A stretch of 64,000 nt of DNA, from assembly GCA_963839115.1 (NCBI GenBank), contig CAWITM010000001.1:1062196-1126195 (forward strand), given 5' to 3'. The notes under the pieces are model-generated. The model was not told the DNA's origin and searched no databases. It saw only the letters and a program-made list of their open reading frames with translations. Position 1 is the stretch's first letter. Each line of letters starts with the position of its first letter. This DNA is from an uncultured Actinomycetes bacterium. GTDB taxonomy: Bacteria; Actinomycetota; Thermoleophilia; Solirubrobacterales; 70-9. This document shows positions 34,577 through 43,082 of the stretch, in pieces. The position numbers and the translations under genes are program-made.

Positions 34577-36247
34577 TCATTGCAGGACGATGTCGGGGCT
34601 GACGCCGATCAGCTGCAGCAGCGCGTTCTGGCGCAGCGCCCGGTAGGGGCCCTTCTGCCAGCCGGCGGTGATCTGGGCCTGGCAGCGGTTGGCGAAGTCG
34701 AGCAGCTCGGCGCTGTGTTCGGGGCGCAGTTCCGGGCCGCCCCAGGCGGCGAGCGCCCGCACCAGCGCTTCTTCGGCGGTCTCGGTCTGCGAGTAGGGCG
34801 AGCCCCAGGCGTCGACCGAGACGCCGTCGAGCACGTAGTTGACGATGTTCCAGCGTTCCCGCATCCGCGAGGTGTCGAGCCAGCGGGTGTCGTCCCAGCC
34901 GGCCACGTTGGGCGGCCAGAAGAGCTGCTGGCCGGCGCCGTCGCAGAGCCAGACCCAGGCGGTGGTGTCGACGTAGCGGCCGAGCGCCCGCATCATCGTC
35001 GCCAGATGGACGACCGGCGGCTTGACCATCGGCGGCCCTTCGTAGAAGTCGGGGCTGAGCAGGATCGCCTCGAGCACCGGGCGGATCTGCCAGCCCGAGG
35101 AGGCGTAGGGGGACTCGAGGCTCGCCAGGGTCGCCGCCGAGGGCGGGCTCGGCACGAAGTAGTTCCACAGCTTGGTGACGAAGAAGGAGGGGTGGAGGGG
35201 GTTTTCGACGCAGAGCCGGCAGGCGTCTTCCCAGCCCCAGTTGCCGGCGCGCCCGAAGACCGTCTTGACGCCGTTGTCGTGGCGTTTGGGATCGAAGCGG
35301 AAGTTGTAGGCGCCGAGTTCGGAGGACCAGTCGTTGCGCCAGCCGGTCAGCGAGCGTGCCTGTTCGCGGATGTCGTCCTCGGTGTAGGCGCCGCGGTCGG
35401 CGCCGAGACTGAACAGCTCCATCATCTCGCGGGCGTAGTTCTCGTTCGGCGCGCCCTTGACGTTTTCGACACCGTTCAGCCACTGCAGCATCGCCGGGTC
35501 GATCGTCACCGCCTTGAAGAGGTCGAGGAAAGAGCCGAAGCCGGCGGCGCGGAAGAGGTTCGACTGGTCGATCATCTGCTGCGGCGTCGAGACGCCGCCC
35601 TGCGAGGTCGCGAACCAGTCGTGGAAGACCAGCGCCAGGCGCTCGACCAGTGGCTGATCCGTGCGGACCATCCGGTCGAGCCACCAGAGGTGGTCGTGGC
35701 CCCAGATCGTCGCCGGCGCCAGCGGCTGGCCTTCGTCGTCGGTCGGCGCCGGACCGGAGAGGACGGCGGCGCCGCTCGGCCGGGTCAGCGACTGGACCGC
35801 GCCGACCAGCCCCATCCCGACCAGCGCCTGGGCCTGCCCGGGTCCCGGCCCGAAGCCGGCGCGGGTCAGCAGACGGTTGGCCTGGGCGATCCCGAAGGCG
35901 CCCTGGAAGGTGCCGGGCGGCCGCGTTTCGCCGGTGCCGGTGGCCGGCGGCGGGGCCGGCGCGACGCGCTTGGGCGGCTTCGGCCCGGGGCCGCGGAAGT
36001 GGTGCTTGGGGGGTTTGTGCTTGTGGTGGAAGATGTAGCCCTGGACGCGCCAATCACCGTCGGCGGTGGGAACCCAGCGCCAGTGCTTGTCGTTCCAGGT
36101 GCCGTGGTGCTTGTGCTTGCCCTTGGCCCTGTGACCGCTCTTGCCGCCCTTGCCGGTCGGGCTGGCCTTGTGTTTGGCGTGCTTGGATCCGCCGCCTTTG
36201 GTCGAGAGCAGCTCGGCTTCGGTGGGGGTGATCTGCGGAATCGCCAT
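34577..36247 (-). CDS. DUF1800 family protein with Lys/His-rich N-terminal region
   Basis: Start taken as ATG 36247 (MAIPQITP..., 556 aa); there is no SD, so the start is uncertain. DUF1800-like core (HDWFATS, NENYAREMMELFSLG). N-terminal KHAKHK...GKHKHHG...HHKHKPPKHHF. Confidence 0.85.
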   Translation of the reverse strand: MAIPQITPTEAELLSTKGGGSKHAKHKASPTGKGGKSGHRAKGKHKHHGTWNDKHWRWVPTADGDWRVQGYIFHHKHKPPKHHFRGPGPKPPKRVAPAPPPATGTGETRPPGTFQGAFGIAQANRLLTRAGFGPGPGQAQALVGMGLVGAVQSLTRPSGAAVLSGPAPTDDEGQPLAPATIWGHDHLWWLDRMVRTDQPLVERLALVFHDWFATSQGGVSTPQQMIDQSNLFRAAGFGSFLDLFKAVTIDPAMLQWLNGVENVKGAPNENYAREMMELFSLGADRGAYTEDDIREQARSLTGWRNDWSSELGAYNFRFDPKRHDNGVKTVFGRAGNWGWEDACRLCVENPLHPSFFVTKLWNYFVPSPPSAATLASLESPYASSGWQIRPVLEAILLSPDFYEGPPMVKPPVVHLATMMRALGRYVDTTAWVWLCDGAGQQLFWPPNVAGWDDTRWLDTSRMRERWNIVNYVLDGVSVDAWGSPYSQTETAEEALVRALAAWGGPELRPEHSAELLDFANRCQAQITAGWQKGPYRALRQNALLQLIGVSPDIVLQ

Positions 36248-36363
36248 GGAGAAGAGGACCCGACAAGGGCTCTGATCCTTTGTCGGCCCCGCCCGACCCC
36301 GGCTTGAACCGGTTTCGGCCGGACTGGACGTACGACCCACCCCGGTCCGCCACAATTGAGGAG

Positions 36364-36651
36364 ATGGGACTCCAGTACCTCTTCATCGTCTTCTTCTTCG
36401 GCCTCGCGACCGCCATCATCGGCCGCTCCAAGGGCAGCTCATTCTGGATCTGGTTCCTGGTCGGCGCGGCGCTGCCGATCCTCGGCCTGGTCGCGGTGAT
36501 CCTCTCGCGCTTCGAGAAGGACGAACCCGAACGCCAGTGTCCGCACTGCTACAAGGCGGTCAAGCTCTACGTCCAGGTCTGTCCCCGCTGCGGCGCCGAC
36601 CTCTACCTGCCCGACCCGGCGGCTGTGCGCCACCCGGGCGTTCGCAACTAG
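36364..36651 (+). CDS. Small membrane protein with C-terminal zinc ribbon
   Basis: ATG 36364 preceded by gaggag. Two TM helices, then CPHC-x14-CPRC. Confidence 0.6.
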   Translation: MGLQYLFIVFFFGLATAIIGRSKGSSFWIWFLVGAALPILGLVAVILSRFEKDEPERQCPHCYKAVKLYVQVCPRCGADLYLPDPAAVRHPGVRN

Positions 36652-36675
36652 ATCAACCCATCCGGCGCCCGGCCG

Positions 36676-37080
36676 CTACCGCTCGTCCCACCAGTCGCGC
36701 CGGCCCTCGACGTCGCCGCGCGGGTTCTCGCCGAGGTTGGGCGCGCCGATGACGAGAATCTCGAGGCCCTCCGGCCCGGCCTCGTAGCCCCGCCAGGTGC
36801 CGGGCGGGACGCGCACCGCGTCCCATTCGGCGAGCTCGACGACCTCGTCGTCGAGCTTCATCCGCCCGCCGCCGCGCACGACCACGTAGATCTCCTCCTG
36901 GGTCTCGTGCGTGTGGCCGTAGGGAAAGCGATAGCCGGGTGGCACACGCTGGTAGGTCAGGCCCGACTCCTCGAGCTCGAGCGCCTTGGTCGCCGCGCGG
37001 AATTCCAGGTCCGGCGGGCCGTCGAAGTTCGACCCGAGGTCGTCCAGGTCCGCCTTGAGGTTCCTCAGCGTGAATGGCAC
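36676..37080 (-). CDS. Cupin domain protein
   Basis: 134 aa with cupin motifs GHTHETQEEIYVVVRG and W..V.PG. Paralogous to 55061..55465. Confidence 0.75.
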   Translation of the reverse strand: MPFTLRNLKADLDDLGSNFDGPPDLEFRAATKALELEESGLTYQRVPPGYRFPYGHTHETQEEIYVVVRGGGRMKLDDEVVELAEWDAVRVPPGTWRGYEAGPEGLEILVIGAPNLGENPRGDVEGRRDWWDER

Positions 37081-37162
37081 GACGCAATCCTACGGTCCCG
37101 TCGGCGACGCGCCGCCGCACCGGCTCCGGGCGGCCGCGCCACCCGCGCCGCCGTCCACCCGG

Positions 37163-38230
37163 CTAGCGCAGCCAGGTGCGGACGATCGCGTTAGCGAAGC
37201 CGACGCCGTAGCGGAAGACCGCTGGCTTCTTGGAGTGGCCGTGGAGGCGCTGTTCGACGGTGATCGGAATCTCCTTGGCGGGGATGCCGCGCTTGATCGC
37301 CTCGATCATGAACTCGGAGGTGTGGAACTGCTCCTGGCGCAGCACCAGCTGCGGCAGCACGGTGGTGCGGACGGCGCGGTAGCCGTTGGAGCAGTCGGTG
37401 ACGTGGGTGCGGGTGATCAGCGAGACGAGGCGGTTGAAGAAGACGATCCCGAGCTCGCGGGCGAAGTGGTTGCGGTCGGCGTGGCCGAGCACGCGGGAGC
37501 CGTGGGCGACGTCGACCTCGCCGCTCAGCACCGGCTCGACCAAGCGCGCCATCTCGGAGGGCAGGTGCTGGCCGTCGGCGTCGAGGGTGACGACGATCAG
37601 CGCCCCCGATTCGACCATCAGCCGGTATCCCGTCCGCAGCGCCGCGCCGCCGCCACGGTTGGTGACGTGGCGGGCGACCAGGGCGCCGTGCTCGGCGGCG
37701 ACGTCGCCGGTGCCGTCGCGCGAGCCGTCGTCGACGACCAGGACCTCGGTGCGCACCCCGCAGACCTCGGCCGGCATCTGGTCGAGCACGACGCCGATGT
37801 TGTCGGCCTCGTTGTAGGCGGGGACGAGGATCGCGATCTTGTCCTTGAAGCGCTCCGGCAGGTGGGCCTGCCTGAACTCCTCCCAGGCCAGGCCCTCGAG
37901 CGCCGCCGAGAGCTGGCGGGCATTGCGGGCGCCGACCGCGAGGGCCCGCAGGATCAGCCCGAATCCGATGAAGATCGCGATCACGGCGAGGCCGAGGATG
38001 CGCCCGCCGTTGCCCTTTTCGAAGGAGAAGGCGGAGAGCAGGCCGTCGACGAGTTCGGTGCCGGTGACGATCGCCAGGCCGATGCCGGCCGCCAGCAGCA
38101 TCAGGACGTCGGCGTTGCGCAGCGCCCGTCGGCGGGCGACCGCGTAGACGATCATCGCCAGGGCGATGACGAGGCCGACGGCGCGCAGCGCCGTCAGTTC
38201 GGCCGGGAATATTCCTGCTATCGGGACCAT
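37163..38230 (-). CDS. Family-2 glycosyltransferase with N-terminal TM helices (polyprenyl-phosphate sugar synthase-like; DPM1/ArnC/GtrB type)
   Basis: Start ATG 38230 (MVPIAGIF...), 355 aa. About 3 TM helices, then ILVPAYNEADNIG, VVDDGSRDGT and TLDADGQHLP motifs. Confidence 0.88.
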   Translation of the reverse strand: MVPIAGIFPAELTALRAVGLVIALAMIVYAVARRRALRNADVLMLLAAGIGLAIVTGTELVDGLLSAFSFEKGNGGRILGLAVIAIFIGFGLILRALAVGARNARQLSAALEGLAWEEFRQAHLPERFKDKIAILVPAYNEADNIGVVLDQMPAEVCGVRTEVLVVDDGSRDGTGDVAAEHGALVARHVTNRGGGAALRTGYRLMVESGALIVVTLDADGQHLPSEMARLVEPVLSGEVDVAHGSRVLGHADRNHFARELGIVFFNRLVSLITRTHVTDCSNGYRAVRTTVLPQLVLRQEQFHTSEFMIEAIKRGIPAKEIPITVEQRLHGHSKKPAVFRYGVGFANAIVRTWLR

Positions 38231-39549
38231 TCGCGGCCAGAGGATATGGCCGCGGCGGCGCTGGTGAGGGCAAGGGCGGCGAGTGGGATGACGAGCGTCA
38301 TCAGCACCTCGTTGCGCCGCGGCGCCGCCAGCGAGATCGCGCCGACCGCGGTGACGAGGACGATCGGGGCCGCCAGTGCCAGCAGCTCCCACCAGCGCCG
38401 CCAGATCCCCAGCAGCACCAGACCGCCGATTCCCAGGAGCACGATGAGCACCTGGAGGACCTTGCCGGGGCCGCTGGAGAACGCCGCGCCGACCCCGCTC
38501 GACCACATCCGGCCGATCTTGCGCGCCGTCATCCCCAGATAGCCGATCGGGTCTTCGCCGAAGTAGTGGGAGAAGTTCTGCTTGCCGATCTTGCCGAGGG
38601 CGGAGTCGCGCGGGAGGTCGGGATAGCGTTCGGCGACGTGGCTGAAGAGCGGCGTCGGGTTGACTTCGTTCAGGGCCTGGGAGTCGGGCGGCAGGCTCTT
38701 CCCGGTTTCGCGCTGGTAGAGGATCGCCTTGACCCGCTGGTATTCGCCGTCGGCGGGATAGAAGGTGCCGACGTAGAGCGCCTTGCCGCTGCCGGTCGAG
38801 ATCGGCACCAGGCGTTCGAGGACGACGATGTTGCGGATCGTCCAGGGCAGGATCGGCACCAGCATCGCCGCGATCATCAGCCCCACCGCGGCGGCCGAGA
38901 GGCGCCATTCGCGCGCCAGCGCCAGGCGAGCGGCGGCGAGGACGACGAAGGCGCCCGCCACGAACAGGTACTCGGGCCGGAACATCGCCGTCATCCCGAA
39001 GAGCAGGCCGGCGAGGAGCCAGCGCCAAGGGCTCGCCGGTCGGTCGGAGGCCCAGAGGAAGGCGAGGACGGCGGCGGGCAGGGTGAAGATCGCCGGCGGC
39101 TCGCTCATCAGCTCCCCGGTCGAGTGCAGGAACGGGGGGTAGACGGCCATCGCGAGGGCGGCCAGCAGGGCGGTCCAGCGGCCACCGAGGCGCCAGCCGA
39201 GAGCGAAGACGACGAGGATCGAGGCGACCCCGAGCAGCGCCTCGACGATCCGCGCCGTCCCTTCGCGCGGCCCGCCGGTGGCGACGAAGGCGGCGGCGTA
39301 GAGCCAGGGCGCGCCCGGCGACCAGTCGCTGGAGTCTTCGAAGGTCGGCCCGCCGTAGCTGCCTTCCTCGTAGATCGCCTTGGCGAGGCCGTAGTAGGCG
39401 TGGGAATCGTCGGCGGGGTCCGCGACCGGGTGGACGACGGCGACGGCGCGGCAGGCGAGCCCGAGCGCCGCGATCACCGCCAGCGCGATCAGCGTGCGGC
39501 GTCCGTAGCGGTCGGGCAGCGAGCGGAACCAGTTGGCGGCGGCGGTCAA
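38218..39549 (-). CDS. GT-C fold membrane glycosyltransferase (PMT/ArnT-like, GT39/GT83-type), copy 1
   Basis: 443 aa, more than 10 TM helices. First extracytoplasmic loop has ADDSHAYYGLAKAI. TTG start. Its 3' end overlaps the GT2 start by 13 nt. Confidence 0.8.
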   Translation of the reverse strand: MTAAANWFRSLPDRYGRRTLIALAVIAALGLACRAVAVVHPVADPADDSHAYYGLAKAIYEEGSYGGPTFEDSSDWSPGAPWLYAAAFVATGGPREGTARIVEALLGVASILVVFALGWRLGGRWTALLAALAMAVYPPFLHSTGELMSEPPAIFTLPAAVLAFLWASDRPASPWRWLLAGLLFGMTAMFRPEYLFVAGAFVVLAAARLALAREWRLSAAAVGLMIAAMLVPILPWTIRNIVVLERLVPISTGSGKALYVGTFYPADGEYQRVKAILYQRETGKSLPPDSQALNEVNPTPLFSHVAERYPDLPRDSALGKIGKQNFSHYFGEDPIGYLGMTARKIGRMWSSGVGAAFSSGPGKVLQVLIVLLGIGGLVLLGIWRRWWELLALAAPIVLVTAVGAISLAAPRRNEVLMTLVIPLAALALTSAAAAISSGREWSR

Positions 39550-39583
39550 GGCGGCTCAGGCTATCCGCCGCGGATGACTCAGG

Positions 39584-39632
39584 ACCGTGGTTGACATTTC
39601 GCCCCTTTAAGAGGCCTTATGTCAACCACGGT
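39584..39632. other. Perfect 14-bp hairpin accgtggttgacat / atgtcaaccacggt (21-nt loop) in a divergent intergenic region
   Basis: Read directly. Each arm carries gTTGACAt, so a consensus -35 hexamer faces both directions. Lower GC than surroundings. Confidence 0.55.
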
Positions 39633-39720
39633 TCGGGGCGGCTGCCTGCCGGGCAGGTGCGGGCCGCCGCGGCGGCGAAGGAGCGATGGTCAACGTTTCC
39701 GACCCGAAGACAGGAGTCCC

Positions 39721-40119
39721 ATGCGCCGTACTTCACTGATCCTCGCGGGCGCCGTCGCCTGCCTCGCAGTCGCCCTCGCCGCAAGCGCCGCCGCGATGCC
39801 GACCGAAGAAAACCCGCCGACCCAGAACTGCAACCTGGCCTCGAAAAACGTCGTCGGCAAAAAATTCAAGGCCAAGGTGGCGGCGAAGAACGTCGATCCC
39901 TCGCAGGCCCGCTACGCGACCTGTGCCTACGCCAAGAAGGTCGCCGGCGGCCTGACCTCGCTGCGGATCGAGGAGCCGAAGGTCGTCCAGGGCTTCCGCT
40001 GCACCCCGACCGTCATCTCGACCGAACCCGACGTCGTCAAATACGCCTGCCTGTTCCGCGGTGCCGACACTGCAACCGAAATCAGGATCACCTTCAAGGT
40101 CAAGTACGACCTCGACTAG
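39721..40119 (+). CDS. Secreted 132-aa hypothetical protein (4 Cys)
   Basis: ATG 39721 preceded by aggag. Signal peptide MRRTSLILAGAVACLAVALAASAAA. Lies between the two GT-C genes. Confidence 0.65.
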   Translation: MRRTSLILAGAVACLAVALAASAAAMPTEENPPTQNCNLASKNVVGKKFKAKVAAKNVDPSQARYATCAYAKKVAGGLTSLRIEEPKVVQGFRCTPTVISTEPDVVKYACLFRGADTATEIRITFKVKYDLD

Positions 40120-41642
40120 GGCGCGGCGTGCGGCCGGGGGGCGGATTGCTCCCCGCCGCCCGGCGACCCGCGCCCGGCGAGGGCGCGAGTGCCGGCGGCC
40201 GCCCAGACGGCGCCGGCCCCGGCGCAGGCGCTGAGCAGCGGGATCAGGACGAGGACGCGGCGCGGCGATGCGACCAGCAGGGCACTGATCGCGGTGATCG
40301 CGAGGAAGACGACGCCGATCAGCAGCGCCTCCCAGCGGCGCAGCCAGGCGAGGACGCCGAGGCCGAGCAGGCCGAAGCCGAGCAGCAGCCAGTGGAGCGC
40401 CTCCCAGACCGGCGTCCGCATGATGCGGCGCGGGCCGTGGGACCAGATCCGGCCGATCTTGGCGAGGACGAAGGAGACGTATTCGCCGGTGTGTTCGGTG
40501 ATGTCGTCGCCGAGCTGTTCCTTGCCCATCTTCGAGAGTCCCTTGTCGGATTCCATCCCCGGGTAGCGGGCGGCGGCGAGCCGGGCGAGGATCTGCTCGA
40601 GGCGCAGCTTCTGCGCGTCGTCGGGCGCGAAGAGGTCCGGGTTGTGTTCGACGACCGCGGCGCCGACCGCTTCCGGGTTGCCGTCCGAGGGCAGGTAGGT
40701 CCCGGCGTAGAGCACTTGCCCGCCGCCGGTCGAGATCGGCACGAGCCGATCGAGTGCCACCGCGTTGCGCACCGTCCAGGGCGCCACCACCACGACGATC
40801 CCCAGCACCAAGACCGCCGCCGCCCCCAACACGCGAAGGAGCACTTTGACCCGGGGGTCGCTTGCCGCCCTATAGGCGACTTTCGACCCGCGGGTCGAAA
40901 CGTACCCCCGGGCCGCGATGAGCAGGGCGAGGAGGGCGGCGATTGCCAGGTACTCGGGACGGACGAGGGCGAGGGCGCCGAGGGTCAGGCCGGGGACGAG
41001 CCAGCGCCAGAGGGACGATTGACCGTCGGCGCCCGCCGAGGGCCAGGTCGCGTCCCCGGCCCAGAGGATTCCGAGGATCGCGCCGGCAAGCAGCGTCGCG
41101 GCGAGCGGCTCGGTCATCAGCATGCCGGTGTACTCGATGGTGGCGGGATAGATCGCCACGGCCAGCGCCGCGATCAGTCCGGCGACGACCGCGCCGCCGG
41201 CAACCCGCTCGCCCTCGTCCCTCGAGTCCAGCGCCTCGTCGAGCGGCGCGTCCGCCTCGCGGCGTCGCCGTCCGCTCACGATCCCGCCCAGCCGCCTTCC
41301 CAGCAGATACGCGAAGAGCACCGCCAGCGCGCCGATCACCGCCAGCACCTCGCGCGCCAGGCGTTCGTGGACGCCGCCGCTCACCTCGTAGATCCCCGCC
41401 GCGAGCAGCGGCAGGCCGGGGGAGTAGTTGGTCGACGGCTGCGTCGCCCCGGCGCCGACCGTGAATCCGTGGCCCTCGTCGAGGTTGCGGGCGATCGCCG
41501 CGTAGGCGGCGGCGTCGAAGACGGGCGCCCGACCGTCCCATGCTTCGCCGACCCGCAGGCCGAGGCCGAGCAGCAGGATCGCCACCAGCGCGGCGAGCCC
41601 GGCACGCCCGCCGTTGCGCGCGGCCAACCGACCTCCCATCAA
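40116..41642 (-). CDS. GT-C fold membrane glycosyltransferase (PMT/ArnT-like), copy 2
   Basis: About 507 aa (TTG 41642 or ATG 41639), many TM helices. Shares with copy 1 the RPEYL, WT(I/V)RN...L(E/D)RLVPISTG(S/G)G and ARKIGR(M/I)WS blocks. Confidence 0.8.
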   Translation of the reverse strand: MMGGRLAARNGGRAGLAALVAILLLGLGLRVGEAWDGRAPVFDAAAYAAIARNLDEGHGFTVGAGATQPSTNYSPGLPLLAAGIYEVSGGVHERLAREVLAVIGALAVLFAYLLGRRLGGIVSGRRRREADAPLDEALDSRDEGERVAGGAVVAGLIAALAVAIYPATIEYTGMLMTEPLAATLLAGAILGILWAGDATWPSAGADGQSSLWRWLVPGLTLGALALVRPEYLAIAALLALLIAARGYVSTRGSKVAYRAASDPRVKVLLRVLGAAAVLVLGIVVVVAPWTVRNAVALDRLVPISTGGGQVLYAGTYLPSDGNPEAVGAAVVEHNPDLFAPDDAQKLRLEQILARLAAARYPGMESDKGLSKMGKEQLGDDITEHTGEYVSFVLAKIGRIWSHGPRRIMRTPVWEALHWLLLGFGLLGLGVLAWLRRWEALLIGVVFLAITAISALLVASPRRVLVLIPLLSACAGAGAVWAAAGTRALAGRGSPGGGEQSAPRPHAAP

Positions 41643-41725
41643 CGGGATTCAGCGTTCGTCATCCAGCGGATTCAACTAGGTGGCCGGGCAGAATTCCGAC
41701 CTCACAGCCACTAAGCTGCCCGGCC

Positions 41726-42901
41726 ATGCGAATCCTCATCCTCGGGGGCGACGGCTACCTCGGCTGGCCGACGGCGCTCCGCTTCTCGGCCCGCGGGCAC
41801 GAGGTCTCTGTCGTCGACAACTACTCGCGTCGCCGCTGGGTCGGCGACGTCGGCTCCGATTCGCTGACTCCGATCGCCGCGCTCGGCGAGCGGATCGACG
41901 CCTGGGAGGGCATCTCCGGCGACCGCATCCGCCTCTTCGAGGGCCCGGTCGAGGACGGCGAGTGGCTCGACGGCGTGATCGCCGAAGTCCGACCCGAGGC
42001 AGTCGTCCACTACGGCCAGCAGTCCTCGGCGCCCTATTCGATGATGTCGCGCGCCAACGCGGTCGAAACCCAGAGCGCCAACATCATCGGCACGCTCAAC
42101 CTGGTCTTCAGCCTCCGCGAGCACGCCCCCGACGCCCACCTGGTGAAGCTCGGGACGATGGGCGAGTACGGCCAGCCCAACATCGATATCGAGGAGGGCT
42201 ACATCGAGATCGAGCACAAGGGCCGCCGCGACACCCTGCCGTTCCCGAAGATGCCGGGCTCCTTCTACCACTGCTCGAAGGTCGCCGACTCGACCAACAT
42301 CCACTTCGCCTGCCGCACCTGGGGCCTGCGCGCCACCGACCTCAACCAGGGCGTCGTCTACGGGATCGAGACCGACGAGACCGCAGGCGACGAGCGCCTG
42401 ATCACCCGCTTCGACTACGACGAGGTGTTCGGCACCGTTCTGAACCGCTTCTGCCTGCAATCGGTCATCGGCCACCCGCTGACCGTCTACGGCGCCGGCC
42501 ACCAGACGCGCTCCTTCCTCAACATCCGCGACACGCTCAACTGCGTCGAGCTGGCGGTGACGAACCCGGCCGCGGCCGGCGAGTTCCGTGTCTTCAACCA
42601 GTTCACCGAGCAATTCTCGGTCCTGCAGCTGGCCGAGCTCGTCAAGGGCGCCGCCGAGCACCTCGGCTACACCGTCGAGATCCAGCATTTCGACAACCCC
42701 CGGGTCGAGAAGGAAGAGCACTACTACAACGCCGTCAACAGCAACCTGCTTGACCTCGGCCTCCAGCCGACCCTCTTGGGCGAGGAGCTGGTCGAGACGC
42801 TGCTGCACAAGATCGAGCGCTACAAGGGCAACGCGATCGAGGGCCCGATCGACCCCCGCACCCGCTGGAACCCCGCCAAGCCCGCCACTGCCCAAGCTTG
42901 A
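41726..42901 (+). CDS. sqdB: UDP-sulfoquinovose synthase (SQD1/SqdB family SDR)
   Basis: Start ATG 41726, 391 aa. Near-colinear match to SQD1 hallmarks: ILGGDGYLGW, SLTPI, SAPYSM, LVKLGTMGEYGQPNIDIEEG, LPFPKMPGSFYHCSKV, TDLNQGVVYG, FGTVLNRFC, HPLTVYG.GHQTR, FRVFNQFTEQFSV, NPRVEKEEHYYNA. Confidence 0.92.
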   Translation: MRILILGGDGYLGWPTALRFSARGHEVSVVDNYSRRRWVGDVGSDSLTPIAALGERIDAWEGISGDRIRLFEGPVEDGEWLDGVIAEVRPEAVVHYGQQSSAPYSMMSRANAVETQSANIIGTLNLVFSLREHAPDAHLVKLGTMGEYGQPNIDIEEGYIEIEHKGRRDTLPFPKMPGSFYHCSKVADSTNIHFACRTWGLRATDLNQGVVYGIETDETAGDERLITRFDYDEVFGTVLNRFCLQSVIGHPLTVYGAGHQTRSFLNIRDTLNCVELAVTNPAAAGEFRVFNQFTEQFSVLQLAELVKGAAEHLGYTVEIQHFDNPRVEKEEHYYNAVNSNLLDLGLQPTLLGEELVETLLHKIERYKGNAIEGPIDPRTRWNPAKPATAQA

Positions 42902-42980
42902 GAAAGCACAGGCCTGGGCCTGGGAAGCGCAGTCTGGGCTGAGAGGGACGGCCCGAGCGGAAGCACATCCGCGCTCGAGA

Positions 42981-43049
42981 GGCCGGCGTCGGGGACCCCC
43001 GAACGAACCTCCCCGCTGTTGTGAGAGAGGGGGTCCCCCGACGCCGGCC
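42981..43049 (+). terminator. Very stable 20-bp GC hairpin (one bulged C, 28-nt loop) between sqdB and ilvB
   Basis: ggccggcgtcggggaccccc / gggggtcccccgacgccggcc read directly. Likely the sqdB terminator or an ilvB leader structure. Confidence 0.55.
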
Positions 43050-43082
43050 CCCTGTCCGCCCGTTGATAGAGTCGCCTGTCCG

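Noticed and set aside
37163-39028. 621-aa minus-strand ORF read as one protein, and 51588..54029 / 10554..12218 / 41540..42901 / 42588..44780 read from their tracked starts
   Set aside because: In each case the N-terminal part is Arg/Pro/Gly-rich and overlaps another real gene. Family alignment and signal or TM features place the true starts at 38230, 52704, 10827, 41726 and 43083 respectively.
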